Notes under the pieces: generated by a model
What the model saw: only the letters and a program-made list of their open reading frames with translations
Told to the model about the DNA's origin: nothing
Database searches by the model: none
Program-made: the position numbers and the translations under genes
NCBI RefSeq assembly: GCF_006345805.1
Contig: NC_043004.1
Location: 57,660,001-57,724,000, forward strand
Reading direction: 5' to 3'
DNA length: 64,000 nucleotides
Source: Octopus sinensis
Taxonomy: Eukaryota
Part shown: positions 13,332 through 25,882 of the stretch, piece by piece
Position numbering within the stretch: position 1 is the first letter of the stretch
How the letters are laid out: every line of letters starts with the position of its first letter

Positions 13332-13375
<44 letters not shown>

Positions 13376-15460
13376 TCGTGAATTTACAAGAAATCCCGTG
13401 AATGAAGCGACACTGTTTTCCAAAATGGTGGCGAATACCTTCTCCATGTGATCGGCTAGAAAAAAAATTAAGATACTAGGATATTGTCTTATATTCCTCG
13501 CCGTATAGCGGTTCACCTATTACGCAATCAGTACACCGCGGATTTTTCTGGCTAATATATGTAAATTAGCATCGTGGACTCAGAACATCCGGGTTTCTGC
13601 GGCCGATCGGTATATATGTTTGTTTAGATTTATATCATTTATGTGGGAGAGTTTCAGTTTCAGTCCCACTGCAGGCAGCCCAAACATTTGATCACTTTAA
13701 AGACCTCATTGAAGTAGGTTACTCAGTAAGAAATCGGCAAAACCTCATCTACTGTCTACGTCGGGAGAGCTCCTGCATACTTAAAAAAAGATAATGTTTA
13801 TCGCAAGAGTTAATAGTACCTTTATTCTTATAAATGTACGAACGATTTCATAGCGATACAATATCAAGACACTCTCATATGAATAATAACGGTAAATATA
13901 TGTATAAAAGAAACAAAGAATTTCAGACTTTTTACACAATAACAATTTCCTCTTTCCGTGGAAATCTGTAACTGTCTATGGAAGGTGAAAGTGCGACAAG
14001 GACTTGAAAGCTCATGCCAGTTTATGTAAGTGCAAATGTACAATGCGCACATACATGCTTATGTGTGACTATACTTTACGCAGATTAAATATTTTTTTTT
14101 AAATTGAGAGAGATAAAGGACTTAATTATGAAAACAAGGAGGAAGGTAGTAGTTAGATGTCAGAAAAGAGAAAACGAAAACAATTTCAGGTATTACATAA
14201 CAAAAAATTGAATATATGTATGGCTATGTGAGTGTGTGTACGAGTAGGCATTAAATTATGTGCGTGACGAGATATCTCTGAAATAAGCGGCATAGATACG
14301 AGAAATAACAAATGACATAATGAAGGTGATTATGTGTTTGTTTGTATAAAAATACATATATGTGCATTATAATATATAAATACATACATACACATATGTA
14401 TATATATGCATATATATACACTCTCACGCACACCCACATACTCACACACACACACACGTATATATGTATGCATGTAGGTAGGTGTGTGTGTCTATCGATA
14501 CCCATCGCGCAAACGTGTATCCCTGTGAGAGGGTAAAATACTCTTGGATGTCTGCTGTATAAGAATTTAGTAGTAAATTGAACACAATCATATTTCATGA
14601 AGAGAAATTTTAATTAACTAAGATTAATTAAATGCAGAATGCTATGGGGAGGTTAGCATCTCTCTTTGGTGATACAGTGACGAATTTGGATTCGTTCCGT
14701 ATTGCATTCCATATTTAATGGATTTTAATTATCTAAAATTTCGGGATTGCCTTCTTCACTCTATTTTGACCAGAATAATTAGTCACTTTCAGACTAATTT
14801 ATTCTTGTCATTAAAGGTGTGATTTTAATTAATTATAAACTGGTGGCTCGGCTCGCAAAATCAAATATGTTAGCAGCCATTTTCCTGTTATGTTTTCTAG
14901 TAATAGGCATTTCCCGATATCTTTCCATATTAATCTCCTGCATTCTTTACACTAATCAATGTTTATTAACGTTAATGCTCCACATCTCTAATCTCTAAGA
15001 TACAACAGCCGCAGTTACACTCTTCTTTAATGTTAAGTCTTACAGTAACAAAATTCGTATGTGTTATATTTCATTTGCCACTGTATAGCATGTACATTTT
15101 TAAACCGAGTAAATTATTTGGTTGAAGATTCCTATCCTTCTGTATGGGTGTAATTTGAAAATGACTAAAATTTATAGCTTATTGTATTTTCTGAAGTGCA
15201 AGCGAAGCTATGCGCATATGAAACACGGTTAACAAACACATGGTTCCGGGTTCAGTCTAACTGTATGTTGGGCACATGCTTTCTACTTCACTTGTTATCA
15301 CTTACTTAGCAACAACTACAAACAGTCACTCAGACATATAGTGGATGCCTTCACTGATTCCTACGTGTGATCGTTCAATTAAATACATGGACTCTTTATT
15401 CATTGAATTAGAATCTTAAGTGGATAAGTATTTGCCTGTCTTATAGATTCAGCGTTACAC

Positions 15461-17335
15461 AACCCCCACCTCATGCGATATATCATAGACAAGTTGGGTA
15501 AAGAAGTTGACATGGGTGAGGCCCTGATCAAACTGGATCAATCTAAGGTCTTTGATAGGGACGAGCACCAATGTTTGGTGGCCGTTCTCATTATGGCGGG
15601 GTTCAGTCCCGTTTTCTATGGCTAGATTACCGCAATGTACAGCAACATCTAATCGGTAGTTCGTGTGAATGGTTACCTAGAGGACTATTCAACTTCATGC
15701 TCTTGGTGTATCAACAGAGTCCACTCCTCTCTTTTCTATATGTACTGGTTCTAAAGACACTACTGCAGAAATCGGTAGCATTGAGTGGCCTCTCGCGCGA
15801 ACTAGAACGTTCAGAGGCATTTCGTGCGAACAGTATCGGCGTACAGAGACAACATCACCTTCATAGTGTTGAACACCAATGGAAACGGTAACAGGAATAA
15901 AAATTAACCAAAATAAGTCAGTGGTCCTGCAGCTCAGTACCTATAGAGGCAAATCCATATTGTCTAATAACGTCGTAGAACACTGAACAGAGAAACCGGT
16001 TAAATTTCTCAGAGTCTGGTTTGGCCCAAATCTCCTGTTGGAGAGGAACTGGAACATGGTGACGAGCAGGGTGGCCAATCTAACCCGGAAATGGGACGAG
16101 AGTAAACTTTCTATAAAAGGTTGGTCAGAAGTAATAAGTTCTTACATTGGCTCTATTATATATGAACGTCTAACCGTCTTGCCTTGCCCCAAGTTGCACC
16201 TGACCAAACTGGAGCGTATGTTCTTCCGTTTTATGTAGAAGGATCGTGTCTCAAGGGTCAGACGCTCCATTTACTGTCAACACTCGCTGGGCGTAGGGCT
16301 GGGAGCGCCGTGTCTGCTGATGCGCAGACAGACTGAGGCTATATCTCAAGAATTTTATTGTGGTGAGTAGGTGTGGTTGTTATTTGTCAGACAGCATTTT
16401 TCACTGAGCAGCAGTCATGGATCAAGCGTAGAACAAGACAGGCGCTAGGCACCTAAATTGTCGTCAAGCGGTCACAATCTCCTGTCAGACGGGCAATCTG
16501 TCATTCTACCGAGGCTTAGTGGCGGGAAATGCGACGATGTTCGCGGGGAGATTTTGGGCGTCGATGAAAATGAGTGAGCTTACGGGACGGGGCCCATGGA
16601 TAACTTACAGAAATCGCTAGCCTGACAGTACTAAGATGGGGTGCATTGCCGGCTGGGAATAAGCTCTACAGGCATGGACATGCTGTCAGCTAGAGTTGCT
16701 TCAAGATGCGCTCAGGGCGACGAAAATGCTCTGCGCACTCTCGTCCAGTTCCCGAGTATTGCTGACCGGTTTTTGTTAAAACCTGTTATCACGTCAAGAA
16801 AAGATCCGGCTATTAGCTGAGTCATTTGTGAAGATCGGCCCGCTGCCTTCTTTGGCCGAGAAGAACAGACAACGTTTCCTTGCCTGGTTGCCTTAGCGAA
16901 GGAGGTTGTGCGATGGACCAGATTGAAAGAGCAGAAAGTTGATACTTCTCACTTTGGCCAAGCACTCATCAAGTGTTTCACGTTTCACTTGAAAAAGAAA
17001 ATCATGGTAGAGAGGGAAGTGCGACATCCCAGCAATTTTGTTGACAGGTGTGTGAATGTTACAAGAATGGTCCAAGTGTACAGGCATATTCTAAGCGTAC
17101 GCATATAGACGTGATGGAGAGAGCATTTGCCCTACAGGTCAGGTCCTCTATGTTTTAGTGGGGTTTCCACGAGCAGTTCATGGAATCTCCTTCGTCTGGA
17201 AAATTTGTCATTGTTAAAATATATCTTTTCCACGCTTCACGAGACCCATGTATGTAAACCCTCTTTGTATTCTCTTCTACCATCCCGAATATTTTTTGTG
17301 TTTTTTGAACCGGTTTTGTTTGTTAAAGAAAACAT
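15461..17335 (+). mobile_element. Decayed L1-clade (Tx1-like) LINE, RT to 3' end
   Basis: Frame fragments HLMRYIIDKLGKEVDMGEALIKLDQSKVFDRDEHQCLVAVL (decayed LDQxKAFDRV), YQQSPLLSFLYVLVLKTLLQK (decayed QGCPLSPLLY), ERNWNMVTSRV...LERMFFRF and FHLKKKIMVEREV...VNVTRMVQV. There are many stops and frameshifts, and the element ends in (ATT)n. Confidence 0.85.
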
Positions 17336-17611
17336 TATTATTATTATTATTATTATTATTGTTGTTGTTATTATGTTATTAAGACAGCAAACTGACGGAA
17401 TTGTTAGTAGTCCAGATAAAGTGCTTGGCAGCATGTCACCTGTCTTTAACTTCAAATTCCGCTGAGGTCAGCTTTCTCTCTTACTACTTCGAGTTCGATA
17501 GAATAAATACCAGTTGAACACTGGGGGTCAACGAAATTGACAAACTCCACCCTCAAAATTGGAGACATTGTGCCTATTGTAGTGTGTACATATACACACG
17601 TAAATATTTCA

Positions 17612-17689
17612 TTTCCTTGTCCAGGAGTCGAAACCACTCTCTTACGATATTAAGTACAAAACGCTAACCACTAAACCATGCGACTCCAC
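17612..17689 (-). mobile_element. Isolated degenerate tRNA-like SINE head
   Basis: Minus strand TGGTTTAGTGGTTAGCG...GGTTTCGACTCCTGG shows A- and B-box-like motifs but no complete cloverleaf. Confidence 0.6.
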
Positions 17690-17989
17690 TATTACTGAAA
17701 ATGCTATTATTGTTATTGTACTGAATGATTAATGATAGTAAATTAAAAGTGTCGCAAAATATAACAAAAATGCAAGAGATAATCGAATGTTTTAAACATC
17801 ATTGAACTATTGGAGAACTGTCTGGAATGTTTTTTTTTGTCTCTGGAATCGAATCGAATTCGAGCGACATACTTGTTTCCATTGAACTTTATAAGCCTTC
17901 AAATAAACGCCGACGCTTTCACAGAGTGAATTAATTTATGGAACAATACTGGTTGTACCAGCACGACCAACATCACCATCATCATCGTC

Positions 17990-18540
17990 AATATCGGCAA
18001 CGGCAGAAGCACCAGCAGTGGTTGTAATAGTAAAAAAAAGAAGAAAAGCATGATTATACCGCTGCTGCTGCTACTGCCTCTGCTGCTGCTGATAATAATA
18101 ATTATGATAATGGTGGTGGTGGTGGTTGTGGTGGTAGTGGTGGTGATGATGATGATGACAACAGCAAGAAGAAGACGAAGAAGGAGGAGGAGGAGGAGAG
18201 GGAGGGGGCGAAGAAGAAGGAGGAGGAGAAGAAGGAGGAGAAGAAGAAGAAGGAGAAGAAGAAGACGAAGAAGAAGGAGGAGGAGAGGAGACGAAGAAGG
18301 AGGAGAGGAGAAGAAGAAGGAGGAGAAGAAGAAGAAGAAGAAGGAGGAGCTGAAGGAGGAGGAGGAGAAAAAGAAGGAGGAGGAGGAGAAGAAGAAGAAG
18401 AAGAAGGAGCTGAAGGAGGAGGAGGAGGAGGAGAAAAAGAAGGAGTAAAAGAAGGTGCAGCAGTAACAGCAGCAGAAGAAGAAGAAGAAGAAAAGAAGAA
18501 GATGAATAAAAGGGAGAAGAAGAAGGAGGAGGAGGATTAA
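17990..18540. repeat. Compound trinucleotide low-complexity tract (CTG/TAA/GGT/GAT, then long GAA/GGA)
   Basis: Read directly; it explains the poly-R/E/K and poly-L/S/F ORFs in the track. Confidence 0.95.
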
Positions 18541-19143
18541 TAGCAAAGAATGTTACGAACGAGAAAACGTTATTTAAGCTCACCTCTAAGCCGAGTGAAT
18601 AAATGACTGGATAAAAGATTGGCAAAATACACTCGGATGAACGAGAGTGAGGATTGGATAGTAGAGGTCTTTTGACATTAAAGAAACAAACAGATTTAAA
18701 GCGCAGTGGGGAAGGAACACAGATCTTCAGTGTTTAAAGGAAAGGTGAAAAAAAAATAGGGGACGAGTGTATAGCCATTTTGAATCACAGGAACTTACCT
18801 GAAAAAGAAAAAAAAAAGAGAAACGTTAGTTAATTGTAAATGACTTTGAAAATAATTACGTAAATGTCAGGTAATAATCAATGAACATGTATTTAATGGT
18901 AGAAAAATCAATGAACAGTATATTTGTTTCAGAATAAAAAATACGGGTTGAGTCAAAGAAAATGTGGGTGATTGTCCGCCTCAGATGTGGAACACTACTG
19001 CGCTCGTTCGTGAGTAATCAGTGTGAATTCATCCTACGTCTCTTTCTGAGAATTATATATATGTATATATATGGGAACGAAATGCAAAAAATATACATGT
19101 ATACGAGGGAAAGCAAAACGTGGAAACTTTCAGACGATGAATA

Positions 19144-19540
19144 TCTTTATATATAAAAGTGAGGCTGTGTGCTGTCTGTCTCCTACGATTTAGATTCCTA
19201 ACTACTCCCACATTTTGCGGTGCAGTTTAACCAAAACCGGGTATCTTATAGTCGTGATTCATATTGAGCCCTTCTGGGTATTAGCGCGCGTCTACGATGA
19301 GTCTACGATTTAAAAAAAAAATTACCGTCAATTTTTTCCATTTTTAATTCATTTTTGGCATATATAAGGGAAGTAACTCTCTAAAAATGTATTATTCAAT
19401 CTCAAAATGTAAAAAGCTACAGTAACACCCCTCCCTTTGTAGTTAGCCATATTGAGATGGCTATTATACTTTACATCTCTAAAAATGTTTATATAGTTAT
19501 TTCCCTTACAAACCCGAGCAACGCCGGGCGATACTACGAG
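19144..19540 (+). mobile_element. Non-autonomous Helitron, copy 2
   Basis: Same family as 12250-12637. The TC start and 3' hairpin are intact; the terminal CTAG has changed to CGAG. Confidence 0.85.
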
Positions 19541-19596
19541 TTTAAGTATAAATATATAAATATTTATATTAATAGATTCAACTTACACTGAGTACA

Positions 19597-19901
19597 AATG
19601 ACAGAGAAAATTAAAAAGGTAGAAAAAAGCTGTTATAAGTCTAACAGCTGTTTCCGGGCCTCGGAGAGTATGTGGCCATAATGGAAGCAATCAACATTGC
19701 ACTCCTTCGTAATTGGATCTGAAACGTAAGATCTTTTGTAGCCTGGTGATGGACGCTCATTCTATCCAATATTAATTGCTTCCAATAAGACGGCATATTG
19801 TGATGAACTACATCTACCAGCATTTTGATGGATCTCCGAGCCCCAGAAACAGCTGTTGGACTTATAACAACTTTCTTCAGCTGCTTTAATTTTCTGTCAT
19901 T
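19597..19901. repeat. Imperfect inverted repeat whose arms carry hammerhead 3' halves (GAAACAGCTGTT)
   Basis: 19597-19667 and 19833-19901 are reverse complements. Each arm reads outward as CTCCGAG...GAAACAGCTGTT(A/G)GACTTATAAC. Confidence 0.65.
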
Positions 19902-20019
19902 AGTATCTTGTGAAAGTTGAATCTCTTAATATAAATATCTATATGTTTATACTTAAATACTTACCATCTGAAGGTCTTCGTTTTGCTTTCTCTCGTCCTG
20001 TATGTATACATAGTCTGTA

Positions 20020-20217
20020 CTCCTTTACTTGTTTCAGTCATTTGACTGCAGCCATGTCGGAACACTGCCTTTAGTCGAGCAAATGGACCCCAGGATTTAT
20101 TATTTGTAAGCCTAGTACTTATTCTATCGGTCGCTTAGGTCGAACCGCTAAGTTACGGGGACGTAAACACGCCAGCATCGGTTGTCAAGCGATGTTGGGG
20201 GATCAAACACAGACACA

Positions 20218-20302
<85 letters not shown>

Positions 20303-20464
20303 CATATATACGACAGGCTTCTTTCAGTTTCCGTTTACCAGATCCACTCACAAGGCTTTGGTCGGCCCGAGGCTATAGTAGAAGTCACTCGCCCAAAGTG
20401 CCACGCAGTGGTACTGAATCCGGTTGGTAAGCAAGCTACTTACCACACAGCCACTCCTGCGCCT
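20020..20464 (-). mobile_element. tRNA-derived SINE family A (internal microsatellite)
   Basis: Head AGGCGCAGGAGTGGCTGTGTGGTAAGTAGCTTGC; tail GCAGTCAAATGACTGAAACAAGTAAA; matches 60409-60800. Confidence 0.9.
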
Positions 20465-20540
20465 ATACGTATTTTATATTTCATACGCGAACATTTAGCA
20501 TATCTAATTCATTTATCTGCATAATTGCCTCTACATCTGC

Positions 20541-20661
20541 TCAACTCGCTCCCTCTTATAGTCACTCTTTACAGTGGATTAGCTCCACAGGTAAAGAGGG
20601 ACCTTCAACTCGCTCCCTCTTATAGTCACTCTTTACCTTGTGGAGCTAATCCACTGTAAAG
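20541..20661. repeat. A-B-A-B' local rearrangement (direct repeat plus inversion)
   Basis: The 32-nt direct repeat TCAACTCGCTCCCTCTTATAGTCACTCTTTAC occurs at 20541-20572 and 20605-20636. 20567-20596 reappears inverted at 20631-20661 with a 1-nt indel. Confidence 0.9.
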
Positions 20662-22097
20662 ACAGCGGAGTCTAAGTTTGAATCATTTAAGCACTACTAA
20701 GTGAGAATCTCTGGATCACATCTGTGGACTAAATATATAATAGTTAAAACAAGACAGATGGGAACTATGCGCAACACTCTCAGAATTCATCTATAGAAAC
20801 TTTTCAACGCTACAAAACAGCATATAGACAACGCGTTTGCGAAACACAGAACATATTTCTATGAAAATTAATGATCACTTCGACAGGCAGAAAATGATGT
20901 TTAATAGAGCATCCTAATTAAAAATAGGCAACGTAAAACCCAGCTTCTAGCACAGTTTAGAAAACACTACATAATATGATATTAAAATTCTTATCTGCAG
21001 TACATCAGCATATACATAAAACCGGCATACTCACTCGCTGTCTGAAAATATATGTATATGTGTGTGTGTGTTTACACACACACATGAAAATATATATGGG
21101 TGTATGCACTCACACACGCATATATATAAAGTAGAGATGTGCTTCTTCAATTTTCACGCGGAAACCGCTTCACCTATTGCTTTCATACTAGTGATCCATG
21201 AATAATTTGACCTCGAACAAATAATAATTTTTTATTAAAAGTTATTAAGAATAAAAAAATATTGCTCTTCATATTACATTTACGTCTTTGAAAGATTTAA
21301 AAATATTTACTGCTGGTTTTCTCGCGTCAGTGACGTAACATATCACTTTATGTATATCTCTCTATACCTATCTATCTCTTTGTAACATATCGCTCTATCA
21401 ATATGTCTTGTTCTCACTTTCATTTTGCAGGCGCTATTCTTTTCACTTTCAATCCGCATGCGCCATTGCTAAACTTCCATATTATTGTTTTCACTGTAAG
21501 TCTCAGTTTTCAAACTAAGCTTTGCAATGTCTAAATGTGGTAGGACTTAACCTCCTTCAACATTGCTTCTCACATGGTCAGCTGTATGCTGGATGTTCTA
21601 CATTCTCAGTGATAAATATGGCAAGACAACCTCTTTATAAGAAGAATCACTTACATGAATATTAGGTCCACATCGACAGAATTTTTAAACTATTGAGTGT
21701 TAAAGTATTACTATCACACTTTCACTTTACGACTGACATGCGTAAATATATATTTGTGTGTATAAAAGTGGAACAATAGCGTGATATATTCGCTGTCAAT
21801 TTGTGTTCGTGTGTGTACTCTACGCACGGCCTTTCAATGTTTATAATCTGCACCTACTTTTTGGTTAAGAAATAAGTTAGATAAACGTGTTTTTACTATA
21901 TATACATATATGAGTTGAACACTTTTTTTTCACATGTAACTTAACGTCCATCTTCCATGTTGGCATGGATTACAGAGTTACGTAGTAAGTTGGTATTTCA
22001 GCTACTAGCAGTTGTTACTTGCGTGATCTAGACAGCATTAACTTTCCTTATTTTCTTTAACTCGGGCAACGCCGGGTATTTCTGCTAGGATATATAT

Positions 22098-22145
<48 letters not shown>

Positions 22146-22150
<5 letters not shown>

Positions 22151-22196
22151 GTAAAGTATAGAAGCCATCTTATCTGGCTTCTATACTTTACATTAT
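22146..22196. repeat. Perfect 22-bp inverted repeat (7-nt loop) abutting a (TA)n tract
   Basis: ATAATGTAAAGTATAGAAGCCA-tcttatc-TGGCTTCTATACTTTACATTAT. Confidence 0.95.
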
Positions 22197-22273
22197 CGAG
22201 CGATTACTGTTTCAATCTCATTCTGAGATTTAATTATGCTATATATATATATATATATGTGTGTATGTATATT

Positions 22274-22457
22274 GGGGAGGTACGCGGCCTAGTGCTTAGG
22301 CTGTTACTTTGTTTCAGCCCCCCTTTCTATTAGCGATGGAAATGTTGGCTTGTTTGCCTAGCCAACGGAGTGGCGTCATTTGGAGGCGAAAATACTTCAA
22401 AACGCATTGTGACCAGCGATGTGTAAAAATATCTGATAGTCTAGTCGGTCACGTGAT
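22274..22457 (+). mobile_element. SINE family B, diverged copy with internal deletion
   Basis: Head GGAGGTACGCGGCCTAGTGCTTAGG is joined to the family B 3' part ending GTCGGTCACGTGATA. Confidence 0.7.
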
Positions 22458-22740
22458 ATATATATATATATGTTTAGAGACACACACACGCGCACACACA
22501 TATATGTCTGTATGCGTGTATGTGTTTGTGTGCATGGTGTGTGTATAATCTAATTTTAAATTGAGTTAAAATTTAATTAGTTTAGCATAAAACTGAGGAA
22601 TTACTATGCACTAGCAGCTTACATATTTATTACAGTTACACAAGAAGAGCGGTGATAATGATTTCGAAGCTTCGGCCTATGAAGAGTGGCAGGCTGAAAC
22701 GTCGAAGGTACTATTACTCACCTGCTTTGAACGTATGACT

Positions 22741-22838
22741 ACACACACACACACTACACAGACACACACACACACTACACAGACACACACACACACTACA
22801 CAGACACACACACACACTACACAGACACACACACACAC
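22741..22838. repeat. Short minisatellite of CA-derived units (about ACACACACACACTACACAG x4)
   Basis: Read directly; it produces the repeated TTQTHTH peptide in the ORF track. Confidence 0.85.
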
Positions 22839-22926
22839 TTGTGTATATACATGTGTATATATTACTCACGACCACGTACACACAAACACACACAGTCAGG
22901 CAGACACAAAGAGTCATATATGTGTA

Positions 22927-23326
22927 CTAGCAGTATCGCCCAGCGTTGCTCGGGTTTGTAAGGGAAATGACTATATAAGCATTTTTAGAGAGTTATAGCA
23001 AAAAAATAGCAAAAAAATGCATTAAAAATGGAATAAAAAATGATGGTAAATTATTTTTTAAATCGTTAATTCATCGTAGACATTTTTAGAGAGTTACTTC
23101 CCTTTATTTAAAAAGTATGCTTTAAAATGGAAAAAAAATTATGGTAAATTATTTTTAAAATCGTAGTCTCATCGTAGACGCGCGCTAATACACAGACGGG
23201 CGCGATATGAATCACGACTATAAGATACCCGAATTTGGTTAAACTGCACCGCAAAATGTTGGAGTAGTTAGGAATCTAAATCGTAGGAGACAGACACTCA
23301 CACAACTTCACTTTTATATATATAGA
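22927..23326 (-). mobile_element. Non-autonomous Helitron, copy 3 (variant subfamily)
   Basis: Minus strand starts A|TCTATATATATAAAAG and ends CCCGAGCAACGCTGGGCGATACTGCTAG|T. The AT-rich middle differs from copies 1, 2 and 4. Confidence 0.85.
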
Positions 23327-23838
23327 TATACATTCATTCATTTTGTTTAAACGCCAATTTGCATCCATATATGATATAATGAATATAATTACAGTCCATT
23401 CGTGTTTATTCAGTCTGATGCAAGTATATTAAAATATGGTTCGTAGCATTTTGAATTCCAGAGTGGAAGTTGTCTGCACAAATTACATTTAGTTTTACTT
23501 ATAACATATTTTCCCTGCTTCCTTCGGTCTTGCATTCAAAATAGTGTATATCGATTATTATCTATAGACTACACGAAGCTAAAGGGAAGAAATGTGCCAA
23601 ATAATAAGATATTCCTGCTAAATGTCACTGAGAAATGCCATATGATTAAGTTGCATTCTGATTAGAATTATTCCCCATTAATTATCAATATTAGTATTAC
23701 TTACATTCCAAAGAAATTTTCGAAAGAAACTAATGATTCATGACTGTTGACATATATATGCTCGTGTGTGTTTGTCTATACGCACATTCATCTATTTGAG
23801 GTATATTGTTTTGTATTACATGTTTATGCATACATACA

Positions 23839-23914
<76 letters not shown>

Positions 23915-24027
23915 TGCCACTCACAACAACATACATACAAGCACATGCACGCAGGCACATATGTATAAGTATCTATAAGTGTGTATGTGTGTATGTATAT
24001 GTATATGTATATATATATATATATAAT

Positions 24028-24077
<50 letters not shown>

Positions 24078-24371
24078 AATATAAACGTTATCATGCATAT
24101 ATACATGAGGGTGTGTTTGTATTTATATATATTTATGTGTGAGTGTGTGCATGTGTGTGTGTGTGACTGTATGCAAGGCAGATAGCAGACTAAATGTGTG
24201 GAGTCCTTTCGTCAGCTTTATGTCCTGCGTTCGAATTTTGCCGACGGCGATGAGTGCCATTTGAGCGATGGAAACAAACAGACCGACAGATAGACACACA
24301 CACACATACACACACAGACGCACGCACATACAGACACATACACACACACATGTATAAGATATAAAATGTTG

Positions 24372-24530
24372 GGAAGTCGCGTGTAGTAGTGGTCAAGGTG
24401 TTGCACACATAATCGTAAGATTGTGGTTTCAATTCTGGACCCGTGATGCGCTGCGCTCTTCAGCAAAACACTTTGTATCACGTTGCTCCAGTCCAATACA
24501 AATAAAATGAGTAGTCCTGTAGTAGAAACC
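24372..24530 (+). mobile_element. Degenerate SINE related to family D
   Basis: TAGTGGTCAAGG...GGTTTCAATTCTGG...TCTTCAGCAAAACACTTTGTATCACGTTGCTCCAGT resembles 10305-10635. Confidence 0.6.
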
Positions 24531-24911
24531 AGGAAAACGACTCTATACGCCTATAGCTTTGGAAGTGCATTTCATCCTTCCATTTCTGGCAGCCATTCTT
24601 ACGCATATGCATATGTACATAGAAACGAAGATGTTCATTTTGCTATAGAGACGAACAAAAAACGGTTTAAGCTTCTGTCACTTTGTACGAACAACAATTT
24701 TTTTTTAACGTTGAATGAGAAACATTGTTGAAAAAATCATGTTGTCAATGGGATTTCTTTTATTAGCCCATGCTCTTACTTCGTTATTTAAAGCAAGATA
24801 TTCTGCATCATATGTGTCCATTGGATATATAATGATATGTTACACATGCCTCTAACTTACAATCTGGTGTATATATATATATATATATATATATATTGAT
24901 GCATGTATGCT

Positions 24912-24957
<46 letters not shown>

Positions 24958-25115
24958 ATGCATGTATGCTTATATATATAATATATATATATATATAATA
25001 TATATATTATATATGCATATATGTATGCCTATATATATATATATGCATATATGAATGCCTATATATATATATGCATATATGTATGCCTATATGTATATAT
25101 GCATATATGAATGCC

Positions 25116-25164
<49 letters not shown>

Positions 25165-25595
25165 GCCCTCACCGTTTGTTTTTACTGTTTTGTTCTCACT
25201 GTCCTGTTCTTGTTACCACTTTAACCCTCCGCCAAAAATTCCAAATTTTATTTAATTTGCTTTGCAGGAAGGACTGTTTCAACGAAGTCGCGCCTTGTCC
25301 TTGCCTTCGAATTGTGCAGTAGATGAAACAGGGACAGCTGAAGAAGGGGAATATTCTTTATGTTGTATGTCTAGTTTCTCTGTTTGTTGTTTTCGTAGTT
25401 TGAAAAAAGTTCGTTTCTATGATTGTGTTTTTATGTTTTCGTTTCTCACTGTGTTCAACGTTATTTTGATGTCCTGTACCTATATATGCATGTATATATA
25501 CATATGCATGTAGGTGTGTACATATATGTATATATGCATATATTCATTTATCATTTATATTATTTATATATATATACATACAATCTGATGTGTGT

Positions 25596-25753
25596 GTACA
25601 ATGACTACGAAAATAGTCTAATAAAGGGGCATATAAGCCCTCGACAGAAGAAAGAAGGCTTTCCTAGCCCACGCAGATAGGAAAACCTTCTTGTTTCTGT
25701 CGAGGGCTTATATTATATGCCCCTTTATTAGACTACTTTCATAGTCATTGTAC
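25596..25753. repeat. ~70-bp-arm inverted repeat with an 11-nt loop
   Basis: GTACAATGACTACGAAAATAGTCTAATAAAGGGGCATAT...AAGGCTTTCCTA (25596-25666) pairs with TAGGAAAACCTT...TAGTCATTGTAC (25678-25753), with a few mismatches and indels. Confidence 0.9.
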
Positions 25754-25834
25754 GGCGATCGCCATGAGGTTTAAGCTTATATAAATATACCATATATATA
25801 TATACATATATATATTTATAGTTATCACAAAGCA

Positions 25835-25865
<31 letters not shown>

Positions 25866-25882
25866 ATTTTAGAAATGTTCAT

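Noticed and set aside
17899-18625. Long poly-L/S/R/E/K ORFs (132-215 aa)
   Set aside because: They come from compound trinucleotide repeats and are open on both strands only because of low complexity.
21431-21495. Segment bounded by TTTTGCAG| and |GTAAGT, and a similar donor/acceptor pair at 39291-39390
   Set aside because: Such splice-like motifs occur often by chance in AT-rich DNA, and there is no recognisable coding content without expression data.
22676-22722. TATGAAGA...GAAACGTCGAAGGTA hammerhead-like string
   Set aside because: The core is non-canonical and helices I-III cannot be paired convincingly.
24190-24280. Minus-strand CTGACGA with a GGACT/AGTCT stem
   Set aside because: No GAAA follows, and the segment is better explained as a decayed family C SINE piece.
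25315-25375. GAAACAGGGACAGCTGAAGAAGGGG, a possible permuted hammerhead
   Set aside because: No valid cleavage triplet or helix I, and no GAAA after a helix II.
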